Below are positions 1 to 7,296 of a DNA stretch of 16,736 nt, piece after piece. A program made the translations under genes and the position numbers. This stretch comes from Gemmatimonadota bacterium. Its GTDB lineage: Bacteria > Latescibacterota > UBA2968 > UBA8231. Under the pieces are notes generated by a model. It was not told the origin of the DNA, did not search any database, and saw only the letters and a program-made list of their open reading frames with translations. Each line of letters begins with the position of its first letter. Position 1 is the first letter of the stretch. The stretch spans positions 1 to 16,736 of the forward strand of contig JAYPJE010000076.1 of the NCBI GenBank assembly GCA_038128265.1, given 5' to 3'.

Positions 1-726
1 TCCGCGGCAGGTGTTGATAAAGAGCGCCTTCGGGTGCATTAGGGCGAACTCGCGCTCGCCCATCAGGTGGTGCGTTAGGCGGTTGAGCGGCACGTGCAGC
101 GAGACGATGTCGCAGGTGCTGAGCAACTCGTCAAAAGGCAAGGGACGCGCGCTGCAGGCGCGCACGTAGCCGTCGTCGAGTGCGGCGCTATCAAAGAAAA
201 AAGTCTCGCACTCCCAGCCCGACAGGCGCTTAGCTACGCGCGAACCGATGCGGCCCAGCCCGACTAGTCCGACGCGTTTGCCTTCCAGCGTGTGCATCTG
301 TGCGGTGGCGTTGCCCATGCCTTGTTGCCAAGTGCCTTGACGCACGCTAGCCAGCTGTGCGCCCAGGTGGTGGTAAAGCTCGAGCATGAGTGCGATCGCA
401 TGTTCGGCCACCGCCGTGGCATTGGCGCCGTTGTTGTCTGAAACCTGCACGCCTCGAGCGGCCAGCGCCGCCACGTCGATCCAGTCGGTGCCGGCTGTAA
501 AGGTCTGCACTAGGCGCAGGGCGGGCAGGTGTTCGGCCAGCTCTGCCAGGTGGTAGTAGTTGCCGCCGACGACGATAACGGGCGTATCGCCGCACTGTGC
601 GGCGATGGCAGAGATCGCTTGCTCGCTGTCGACAAAGCGCAGGCGCAGGTCCGTTTCTAGACTTTCTAAGTGGCGCAGATGGTCTTCAATGCCCGGCCGA
701 GACGGGGCCAAATAGACGGCTTCCAC
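1..726 (-). CDS. D-isomer-specific 2-hydroxyacid dehydrogenase (SerA/GhrB-like), 3' end truncated by window edge
   Basis: Absent from the ORF track; translated by hand from GTG at 726 (MEAVYLAPSRPG...), open to position 1. Shows AGTDWID, NATAVAEHAIALML, Rossmann motif VGLVGLGRIG, DIVSLHVPL and INTCRG. The GTG shares one base with the msrA stop (TAGTG). Confidence 0.93.
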   Translation of the reverse strand, partial: MEAVYLAPSRPGIEDHLRHLESLETDLRLRFVDSEQAISAIAAQCGDTPVIVVGGNYYHLAELAEHLPALRLVQTFTAGTDWIDVAALAARGVQVSDNNGANATAVAEHAIALMLELYHHLGAQLASVRQGTWQQGMGNATAQMHTLEGKRVGLVGLGRIGSRVAKRLSGWECETFFFDSAALDDGYVRACSARPLPFDELLSTCDIVSLHVPLNRLTHHLMGEREFALMHPKALFINTCRG

Positions 727-1274
727 TATTCTTCGACCTTTAGGCGGTCGCCAAAGGTGCTGCGAAATTTGCGCATCTTGGGATCGATTACCATCGCGCA
801 GTAGGGCTGGCGCGGATTGTTCTTAAAGAAGTTCTGATGGTAGTCTTCCGCCGGATAAAAGACGGTGAAGGGGTCTATGTGGGTGACGATGGGGTCGGAC
901 CACAGGTCGCTCGCATCGGTCTCGCTCAGCGAGGACTGCGCCTCGGTTCGCTGCGCCTCGTCGTGGTAAAAGATGGCCGAGCGGTACTGCGTTCCGCTAT
1001 CGCCACCTTGGCGATTAAGCGTGGTCGGATCGTGCGTGCGCCAGAATATGTACAGGAGATCCGCATAGGCAATATGCGCCGGATCAAAGCGGATTTGCAC
1101 GACTTCGGCGTGTCCGGTCGCACCGCTGCACACGGCTTCGTAGGTCGGATTGTCCACCTGACCTCCGCTGTAGCCAGAAACGGCGCTGTGCACGCCGCGC
1201 AGATCTTGGTAAACGGCCTCTACGCACCAAAAGCAGCCGGCGCCAAAGGTGGCCAACTGTAGCTGATCGGACAT
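726..1274 (-). CDS. msrA: Peptide-methionine (S)-S-oxide reductase MsrA
   Basis: GAGCFWC active site, GYSGG, PTYEAVCSGATGHAEVV, HDPTTLNRQG, QYRSAIF, AEDYHQ and QPYC. Start placed at ATG 1274 (MSDQLQ) with GAGGAG RBS at 1283-1288, not at the ORF-track start 1418. Confidence 0.97.
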   Translation of the reverse strand: MSDQLQLATFGAGCFWCVEAVYQDLRGVHSAVSGYSGGQVDNPTYEAVCSGATGHAEVVQIRFDPAHIAYADLLYIFWRTHDPTTLNRQGGDSGTQYRSAIFYHDEAQRTEAQSSLSETDASDLWSDPIVTHIDPFTVFYPAEDYHQNFFKNNPRQPYCAMVIDPKMRKFRSTFGDRLKVEE

Positions 1275-1331
1275 GCCATTGCTCCTCGAAATAGGATCGG
1301 TTGCCGAGTGTTTAATCGGCGGTGGGCCATT

Positions 1332-1360
1332 AGTATACTGCGCGTGCGCGATGCCGACAA
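1332..1360 (-). promoter_or_regulatory. Putative sigma70 promoter of msrA
   Basis: Minus strand TTGTCG (1360-1355), 17-bp spacer, TATACT (1337-1332), about 60 bp upstream of the msrA ATG. Confidence 0.65.
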
Positions 1361-1374
1361 TGGGACCGATCTGC

Positions 1375-1403
1375 TTGACAGCACGGGCACGGTCTGCGAT
1401 ATT
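1375..1403 (+). promoter_or_regulatory. Putative sigma70 promoter of a short + strand transcript
   Basis: Consensus TTGACA (1375-1380), 17-bp spacer, GATATT (1398-1403) preceded by TGn (extended -10). The only possible target is the ~240 nt up to the terminator at 1614-1650. Confidence 0.6.
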
Positions 1404-1518
1404 TATAGCACTCTGCAATCCCCACAGAGGCTCTCCCCCGTTATCTCATACACGGGTACAGTTCATGCCTCTAGCGTTTGATGTGCTGCATCACAAGGGA
1501 AACGACGAAAACTGGAAA

Positions 1519-1593
1519 ATGACCAAGACCTTTCTCCTGGGATTTTTCGTCGGTGAAACGTTTCTATTGTTGCTTTTCGGCGTCGTGCTTTAG
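1519..1593 (+). CDS. Putative 24-aa single-pass membrane peptide (MTKTFLLGFFVGETFLLLLFGVVL)
   Basis: ATG at 1519 to TAG at 1593. One hydrophobic helix with GxxxG (GFFVG). Lies between a TTGACA promoter and a terminator 20 bp after the stop. RBS is weak (GGAAA); an in-frame ATG at 1465 would give 42 aa. Confidence 0.5.
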   Translation: MTKTFLLGFFVGETFLLLLFGVVL

Positions 1594-1613
1594 TGCCGCC
1601 TACAGCGAAATTG

Positions 1614-1650
1614 AAAAAGAGGACGGACCAATCAGGTCCGTCCTCTTTTT
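1614..1650. terminator. Bidirectional intrinsic terminator
   Basis: Perfect 16-bp inverted repeat AAAAAGAGGACGGACC-aatca-GGTCCGTCCTCTTTTT giving a 5-U tail on each strand; sits between the convergent small ORF (+) and HAD gene (-). Confidence 0.9.
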
Positions 1651-1698
1651 GTCTCCATTCTTCCCATTTCTCATTCACAGATACGGACTGCGCTCGGG

Positions 1699-2364
1699 CT
1701 AGACGCTGATCTGCGCAAAGAAGTCGTCTGCTAATTCGGTGTAATCGGCGATGCAGCGTGCGGCGAGACCAGGCGGCGGTGCCGATGTGCTGTGCGTAAC
1801 GGCAATGGCCGGCATGCCAGCCGAGCGCGCAGCGTGCAGCCCGGGCATAGAGTCTTCAAAGACCAGGCAGGTGTCCGGCGCCAGGCCGAGTCTGTCCGCC
1901 GCCAGTTGATAGCAGGCCGGATCGGGCTTAGAGCCGGTATAGTGTTCGCTGCTCACGTAGAACGAGCAGGCGTTCTGTAGATCGGCCCGCTGCAGCACAT
2001 CCTCGACGGTAGCCGCGTTGCTGCCGGTGACGATGGCGGTGGGCAAGAGATCGCTGGCGGCCAGAAAAGCGCGCTGTGCACCGGGGATAAAGGGCGGCGG
2101 CTGGCGCTGTGCCAGCTGCGCGCAGCGTGCGGCCAGCGTATCGGCCAGATGGTTGACCTGTTCGAGGATGGGAAATAGCGCGCGCAGCTGTGCGTCAATG
2201 CCCTGCCAGCTTAGGCCGTGAAACTGGATCAGGTCGAGCCCATCGCTGGCGATTGAATGGGACTGCAGCAGGTCGAGCACGGCACGGTCGGTCAGCGACT
2301 CCGAGTCGATTAGCGTGCCGTCTAGGTCAAATAGGACGGCGCGTATGCCGTGCAGCGGTTTCAT
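1699..2364 (-). CDS. HAD-IA family phosphatase (beta-PGM/CbbY-like)
   Basis: Motif I FDLDGTLIDS, motif II VTGS, motif III KPDP, motif IV FEDS..GLHAA..AGM. Confidence 0.93.
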   Translation of the reverse strand: MKPLHGIRAVLFDLDGTLIDSESLTDRAVLDLLQSHSIASDGLDLIQFHGLSWQGIDAQLRALFPILEQVNHLADTLAARCAQLAQRQPPPFIPGAQRAFLAASDLLPTAIVTGSNAATVEDVLQRADLQNACSFYVSSEHYTGSKPDPACYQLAADRLGLAPDTCLVFEDSMPGLHAARSAGMPAIAVTHSTSAPPPGLAARCIADYTELADDFFAQISV

Positions 2365-2403
2365 GGGATTGTTCCATCGGTCGATGGCCCTTTGAAAGCA
2401 ATA

Positions 2404-3207
2404 TCAGCTGATAGGCACTTCATCGAGCTGGGCGATAGACTTTGTTTCCGTGTAATGGGCCGAGGCCATCAGTTCGCGTAGTTCGGGCGATAGGCGCTGT
2501 CGGAGTGCTTCGGGCAGCGCATGCGGCTGTCCTTTAAACTGGGGGCGGTAGCGCAGAACGAGCGTGCGTCGCATGCGGTCCGTTGGCCGCCACTGCAGCG
2601 TGCCGTGCGCCAGCATTTCGGTCATAACGACAGCATCACCCGCTTTCGGCGTGACGTTGACGACGCCCGGCGGCAGCGTTGCGGCATCGGCGCCGTCCAA
2701 GCCGTTGAATAATTCCACCGGACGCGGAAAGGCCGCTTTGTGCGAGCCGGGTACGACCAGCAGGCCGCCGTCGCCCGGATTGACGTCGTCAAAATAGGGA
2801 AAGATGACAAAATCGTCGCAGTATATGCGCCCTTCGCGGGTGTCGTAGCGCGTGCTCTGCCAGCCGTAGTCCTCGCGGGCGCAGTGCAGTTGGAGCGGCG
2901 GGTGGCGATGGGTGTCGACCAGCAGCGTGCCGCGTGAAAAGGCCGGTTTGTCGTGGGTGAATTCGCGGATGATGGGCCACAGCTTGGGGTGCACGACGAT
3001 CGATTCGAGCGCCTTGTCGAAGGCGAATCCGTTTTCGTAGTTCTTGCCGTCGGCAGAGCGGGCAAAACCTTCGGGTAACTGGTCATCGGGTGTTGCTATG
3101 TAGCGGTCGATGGCCTCGCGCCCGGCGGCTAGTTGGCGTTCGCTAAGGACGCCGGGAATATGTAGATAGCCCTGCAGATCAAAGAGGTAGCGCTGAGTGG
3201 CGTTCAT
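2404..3207 (-). CDS. PhyH-family Fe(II)/2-oxoglutarate enzyme with non-canonical HxA motif
   Basis: YLFDLQGYLHIPGVLS N-terminus, DDVNPGDGGLLVVPGSHK, AGDAVVM, distal LAHGT and RRTLVLRY. The proximal motif reads LHCARED instead of HxD. Start at 3207 (MNATQ) or 3228. Confidence 0.88.
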   Translation of the reverse strand: MNATQRYLFDLQGYLHIPGVLSERQLAAGREAIDRYIATPDDQLPEGFARSADGKNYENGFAFDKALESIVVHPKLWPIIREFTHDKPAFSRGTLLVDTHRHPPLQLHCAREDYGWQSTRYDTREGRIYCDDFVIFPYFDDVNPGDGGLLVVPGSHKAAFPRPVELFNGLDGADAATLPPGVVNVTPKAGDAVVMTEMLAHGTLQWRPTDRMRRTLVLRYRPQFKGQPHALPEALRQRLSPELRELMASAHYTETKSIAQLDEVPIS

Positions 3208-3250
3208 AGACGGTTCCCGTGCGGGCATTGGTGAGACTTATAGGTCCCCT

Positions 3251-3279
3251 ATTGTAGCGCCATATTGCGCGCGTGGCCA
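3251..3279 (-). promoter_or_regulatory. Putative sigma70 promoter of the PhyH-HAD pair
   Basis: Minus strand TGGCCA (3279-3274), 17-bp spacer, TACAAT (3256-3251). Confidence 0.5.
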
Positions 3280-3368
3280 GCCGACTCGTTGCCGCGGGCG
3301 CGTCGTGCGTGGCTGGATTTGCGCGAATCGGATACCTTTGTGGCAGCGCACGGGAGGATTTGAGCACA

Positions 3369-4409
3369 ATGCACATTGACTTTAACGCCATAGTTGAAGC
3401 GGCCTGGTACGAGTACGATCCGTCGCGGACCGTGCTGTCGATTAACGATATCAGCGCCATGGTTTCGACCAATCACGTCTTTCGTCTGCGTTTAGAAGAC
3501 GAAACCAAAATCATCGCCAAATTCTCCTATTTTGGCACCTATGATGACTTTGTTGAGGATCACTCGCTGATCAATGCATTGGCCAATAATTTACCGGAGC
3601 CCTACGATAATTTTTTGTCGCGCTCTCTGCTGCGTAAAAACCAGCTCTTTACCTATCGCCACCGGGACGGAGTGCTCGATGCCTGGGTCGTGTTTTACAA
3701 TCCGATACGCGTAGCGCATAAGCTGCCGCGCGTTCTCGATGAAGAGCAGATTGCAACGCTTGGCCAAGAGCTGGCCCATTTCCACCAAACCTGCTACCGC
3801 CTGCGCAATATTCTGCCCGACTGGTCCAAGACGCTCAAGGGCGACCTCATGCGCCTGCTGTGGCATCTCGATACGGAAGAGGGTGAGTTCCGCCACCGCG
3901 GCACGGTCGACGAGATCCGCCGCCAAATCGACGTATTCGACGCCAATATGGAGGAACTCGACGCCTATAGCTGGGAGTCCGTGCCGGTCTTTGTCGATTG
4001 GAATATTGGCAACTTTTCCGTTACTGAGGAGACGAAGTTTTTTTCGCGCTGGGATTACGACTGGTTTCGCATGAGTTCGCGGGTGCTCGACTTTTACTTT
4101 TTCAGTCGGGTGTGCTCTACCGTTGGCGATCGCACGGTCTTTTCCTACCTAATCGATCCCGTGATGGAAGAGCGCTTTTTGATCTTTCTAAAATCCTACC
4201 ACGCCGTCTACCCCCTGACGCGAGACGAAATTCTCTTTATGAAAGAAGCCTACCGCTTTTTTATTTTGAATTACGTCATAAAGTACGGGCACTACTTTTT
4301 CCACGAACTCTACGCCAATAAGCTGCAAAAAGAGGCGTTTGATACCTATTTCCCCAGCTTGGAACACCGCTTTAAACCCGAACTCATTTTCAAGGCGCTA
4401 AACGTATAA
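3369..4409 (+). CDS. Uncharacterised APH/type II homoserine kinase-fold phosphotransferase
   Basis: STNHVFRL nucleotide loop, IIAK lysine, LGQELAHFH helix, catalytic loop FVDWNIGN (HGDxxxxN variant) and WDYDW metal-binding motif. GGAGG RBS at 3353-3357 precedes ATG 3369. Confidence 0.75.
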   Translation: MHIDFNAIVEAAWYEYDPSRTVLSINDISAMVSTNHVFRLRLEDETKIIAKFSYFGTYDDFVEDHSLINALANNLPEPYDNFLSRSLLRKNQLFTYRHRDGVLDAWVVFYNPIRVAHKLPRVLDEEQIATLGQELAHFHQTCYRLRNILPDWSKTLKGDLMRLLWHLDTEEGEFRHRGTVDEIRRQIDVFDANMEELDAYSWESVPVFVDWNIGNFSVTEETKFFSRWDYDWFRMSSRVLDFYFFSRVCSTVGDRTVFSYLIDPVMEERFLIFLKSYHAVYPLTRDEILFMKEAYRFFILNYVIKYGHYFFHELYANKLQKEAFDTYFPSLEHRFKPELIFKALNV

Positions 4410-4410
4410 A

Positions 4411-5259
4411 ATGGATATTGCACATTTTGCAGAGGTCGCGAGCCGGTACAAGGTCATTTTTTTTGACGCCTATGGCGTATTGAAAAATTCGCGCGGCGTC
4501 CTCGAAGGCATTGATCGAACGTTTGAGTTTCTCAGCGCGCGCGACATCGATTTTTACATTGTTACAAACGATGCCTCGCGCGGCCCCAAAGCGCTCGCTC
4601 TGGCCTATATAGATCAGGGGCTGGCAATGGTCGACGCCGGTCGGATTATTTCTTCGGGCATGTTGGCTACAGAGTATTTGCGGCTCAAAGTCAAGAGCGG
4701 CACGGTTGCCTATCTCGGCACGCGAGCCTCTGCCCACTATCTCGAGGAAGTGGGTCTGCGCACGCTCTCTATTGCCGATCTCGACCTAGGAGAAAGCGAC
4801 GATGTCAACGCGCTGGTCTTTCTCGACGACGAGGGGTTCGACTGGAACCACGACATCAACAAGGTGGTCAACCTGCTGCGGCGCAGAAATATCCCGGCCA
4901 TCGTCGCCAATACCGATCAGTCTTATCCGGTTTCCAGTCGCGAAGTAGCCATTGCCATCGGCGGTATGGCCAATATGGTTGAGGCCATTACGGGACGGCG
5001 GTTTATCAAGTTTGGCAAGCCCGATGCGCAGATGTTTATCTTTGCCTACGAGCACTCGCAGCGGGCACTAGAAGTTGGCAAAGAGTGCATTCTTATGGTG
5101 GGAGACACGCTGACTACCGACATTATCGGCGGCAATAAGTTTGGCATCGATACGGCGCTCGTGCTGTCGGGCAATACGCTGCGCGATTCGGTGCACGAGC
5201 AGATTCACGCCACGGGCATTATTCCCGACTACGTGTGTGAGAGTGCCGTGATCGACTGA
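4411..5259 (+). CDS. HAD-IIA family hydrolase (NagD-like phosphatase)
   Basis: FFDAYGVL (DxY variant of motif I), VTNDAS, IVANTD, GKPD, MVGDTLTTDIIGG and TALVLSG. Starts 1 bp after the kinase stop. Confidence 0.92.
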   Translation: MDIAHFAEVASRYKVIFFDAYGVLKNSRGVLEGIDRTFEFLSARDIDFYIVTNDASRGPKALALAYIDQGLAMVDAGRIISSGMLATEYLRLKVKSGTVAYLGTRASAHYLEEVGLRTLSIADLDLGESDDVNALVFLDDEGFDWNHDINKVVNLLRRRNIPAIVANTDQSYPVSSREVAIAIGGMANMVEAITGRRFIKFGKPDAQMFIFAYEHSQRALEVGKECILMVGDTLTTDIIGGNKFGIDTALVLSGNTLRDSVHEQIHATGIIPDYVCESAVID

Positions 5260-5272
5260 GTGCTGTGCCTGT

Positions 5273-6280
5273 TTAGCTGGCCATGCCGGCCAGATCGAGT
5301 TCTTCGGCGCGGTGACAGCTGACCTCGTGCCCCGACTCGATGGTGCGCAGGGCAGGCACGTCTGTAGCGCACTGGGGTGTGGCATGGCGACAGCGTGGGT
5401 GGAAAGGGCAGCCGGAGGGAGGATTGGCTGGGTCGGCGATCTCGCCCTGCAGCAGGATCGGAGCCTGGCGTCGCAGCGGGTCGGCGATGGGAGCCGAGGC
5501 CATAAGAGCCTCGCTATACGGATGGCGCGGCTGTTGGAAGAGGGCATCGACGGGTGCGCTCTCGACTATTTTTCCCACATACATAACGGCAACGCGGTCG
5601 GCTATGTGGCGCACTACGCTGAGATCGTGCGCGATAAAGAGATAGGTCAGACCGAGCTCGGCCTGTAGCGACTGCAGCAGATTTAAAATCTGTGCTTGCA
5701 CCGATACGTCGAGGGCCGAGACCGGTTCGTCGGCGACGATGAGACGCGGGTTGAGAGCGAGGGCGCGGGCAATGCCTATGCGCTGGCGCTGTCCGCCGGA
5801 AAAAGCATGCGGGTAGCGCCGCATGTGCTGTGGGTCGAGCCCGACTTGGCCCATGAGCTGGCGCACGCGGCGTTCGCGTTCGGCGCTATCGGCCACGCCG
5901 TGGATGAGCAGCGGCTCGCCGACAAGGTCAAAAACGGTCATGCGCGGATTGAGCGAAGCGTAGGGATCCTGAAAAATCATCTGCATGTGACGGCGCAGTG
6001 CCTTCATGCGCTGCTCGTCGGCACCCGTCACATCAATGGCTTCGCCGTCTAGGTGAAACTGCACGCTGCCGTCCGTGGGGCGGTAGGCGCGCAGCAGCGT
6101 GCGACCGACGGTGGTCTTACCCGATCCGCTTTCGCCGACCAGCGCCAGGCACTCGCCCGAGCGCAGAGAAAAGCTGACGCCGTCGACGGCTTTTACCTGG
6201 CCCACTACCTTGTCAAAGAGGCCGCTGGTGATGGGGAAGTACTTTTTGAGGTCGCGGACTTCGAGCAGTATATCGGTCAC
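5273..6280 (-). CDS. Oligopeptide/dipeptide ABC transporter ATP-binding protein (OppF/DppF-like)
   Basis: Walker [37 protein letters not shown] and C-terminal [11 protein letters not shown] domain. Real start is GTG 6280 (VTDILLEV), overlapping the upstream stop as GTGA. Confidence 0.95.
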   Translation of the reverse strand: MTDILLEVRDLKKYFPITSGLFDKVVGQVKAVDGVSFSLRSGECLALVGESGSGKTTVGRTLLRAYRPTDGSVQFHLDGEAIDVTGADEQRMKALRRHMQMIFQDPYASLNPRMTVFDLVGEPLLIHGVADSAERERRVRQLMGQVGLDPQHMRRYPHAFSGGQRQRIGIARALALNPRLIVADEPVSALDVSVQAQILNLLQSLQAELGLTYLFIAHDLSVVRHIADRVAVMYVGKIVESAPVDALFQQPRHPYSEALMASAPIADPLRRQAPILLQGEIADPANPPSGCPFHPRCRHATPQCATDVPALRTIESGHEVSCHRAEELDLAGMAS

Positions 6281-7296
6281 GTATCCCGCCTTTCTCCCCG
6301 CAGCAGGCAGGCGCTGGTATGGCCCGCCTCGATGGCGTGCAGTTCGGGGCGCTCTCCGCTGTCGCACAGGCCGGGCTGGCATTCGTCGCAGCGCGGATGA
6401 AAGGCGCAGCCGTCCAGCCGTTGGAAGGGATCCGGCACGCTGCCGCGAATGGCCTGCAGCTGGCTCTTGCGCTCTATGTGCAGGCCGGGCAGCGAGCGCA
6501 TTAACGCCTCCGTATAGGGGTGCTGGGGGTCGGCGAAGATGCGTTCGACGCTGCCGTATTCGACGACGCGTCCCCAATACATCACGGCGACTTCGTCGGC
6601 CATTTGCGCGACGACGCCCAGGTCGTGCGTAATCAGTAGAATCGCCATATCGAGCTCGGCCTGCAGTTCGCGCATCAGGGCGAGTATTTGCGCCTGAATC
6701 GTTACGTCGAGCGCCGTGGTTGGCTCGTCGGCTATGAGTAGCTGCGGCCGGCACGACAGCGCCATGGCAATGACGGCGCGCTGGCGCAGGCCGCCGCTCA
6801 TCTCGTGCGGATACTGCGCGTAGCGGCGTCCGGCGTCGGGAATGCCCACCCGCTCCATAATGTGCACGGCGCGTGCCTGCGCTTCGCGCTTGTCGACGTT
6901 CATGTGCAGGTGCACGGCTTCGGCGATTTGGCTGCCCACTGTATGCACTGGACTCAGGCTGGTCATCGGTTCCTGAAAGATCATCGCAACTTCGGCACCG
7001 CGAATACGGCGCATGTGCTCGCCGTCGGGTGGCAGCTGCGTCAGGTCAATATCGCCCTCTGGCCGGTGCAAGACGACGGATCCGTCCGTAATGCGACCCG
7101 GTCGCGCAATCATCTGCAGGATGGAAAATGCCGTAATGCTCTTGCCGCAGCCGCTCTCGCCAACTACGCAGAGCGTCTTGCCACGCGGTATGTGCAGGTC
7201 GACGCCATCGACGGCGCGCACGGTGCCTTCGTCGAGAAAAAATTGCGTGTGCAGGTTTTGTATGGTCAGTATGGAATCCATTGTGCTATCGCCCAC
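6277..7296 (-). CDS. Oligopeptide/dipeptide ABC transporter ATP-binding protein (OppD/DppD-like)
   Basis: [40 protein letters not shown] and GCAFHPRC. Start is GTG 7296 (TAGTG overlap) or ATG 7281. Confidence 0.95.
   Translation of the reverse strand: MGDSTMDSILTIQNLHTQFFLDEGTVRAVDGVDLHIPRGKTLCVVGESGCGKSITAFSILQMIARPGRITDGSVVLHRPEGDIDLTQLPPDGEHMRRIRGAEVAMIFQEPMTSLSPVHTVGSQIAEAVHLHMNVDKREAQARAVHIMERVGIPDAGRRYAQYPHEMSGGLRQRAVIAMALSCRPQLLIADEPTTALDVTIQAQILALMRELQAELDMAILLITHDLGVVAQMADEVAVMYWGRVVEYGSVERIFADPQHPYTEALMRSLPGLHIERKSQLQAIRGSVPDPFQRLDGCAFHPRCDECQPGLCDSGERPELHAIEAGHTSACLLRGERRDT

Noticed and set aside
1500..1513. AAACGACGAAAACT (NDEN) matches the start of the E. coli tmRNA tag reading frame
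   Set aside because: No tRNA-like ends (GGGG...GATTCGAC, T-arm, CCA), the frame continues WKM rather than YALAA-stop, and the unit is too short. Treated as coincidence.
1273..1518. N-terminal part of the 106-aa ORF 1273..1593
   Set aside because: Starts inside the msrA start codon region and upstream of the + strand promoter; only the part from 1465 or 1519 is plausible.
1632..1640. TCAGGTCCG resembles the SRP (4.5S) RNA core
   Set aside because: The following GAAGGAAGCAGC is absent; the bases are the loop and right arm of the terminator.
1463..1678. 71-aa minus-strand ORF antisense to the small peptide (possible antitoxin)
   Set aside because: Runs through the terminator hairpin, has no recognisable RBS or motif, and its N-terminus derives from a low-complexity purine tract.
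5260..5272. Terminators at the convergent junctions 5259/5273 and 15828/15836
   Set aside because: Gaps are only 13 and 7 bp and I see no hairpin with a U-tract.
6281..6754. 158-aa N-terminal extension of the OppF-like ORF
   Set aside because: Arg/Ala-rich out-of-frame shadow of the OppD-like gene; the GTGA overlap at 6277-6280 marks the real start.
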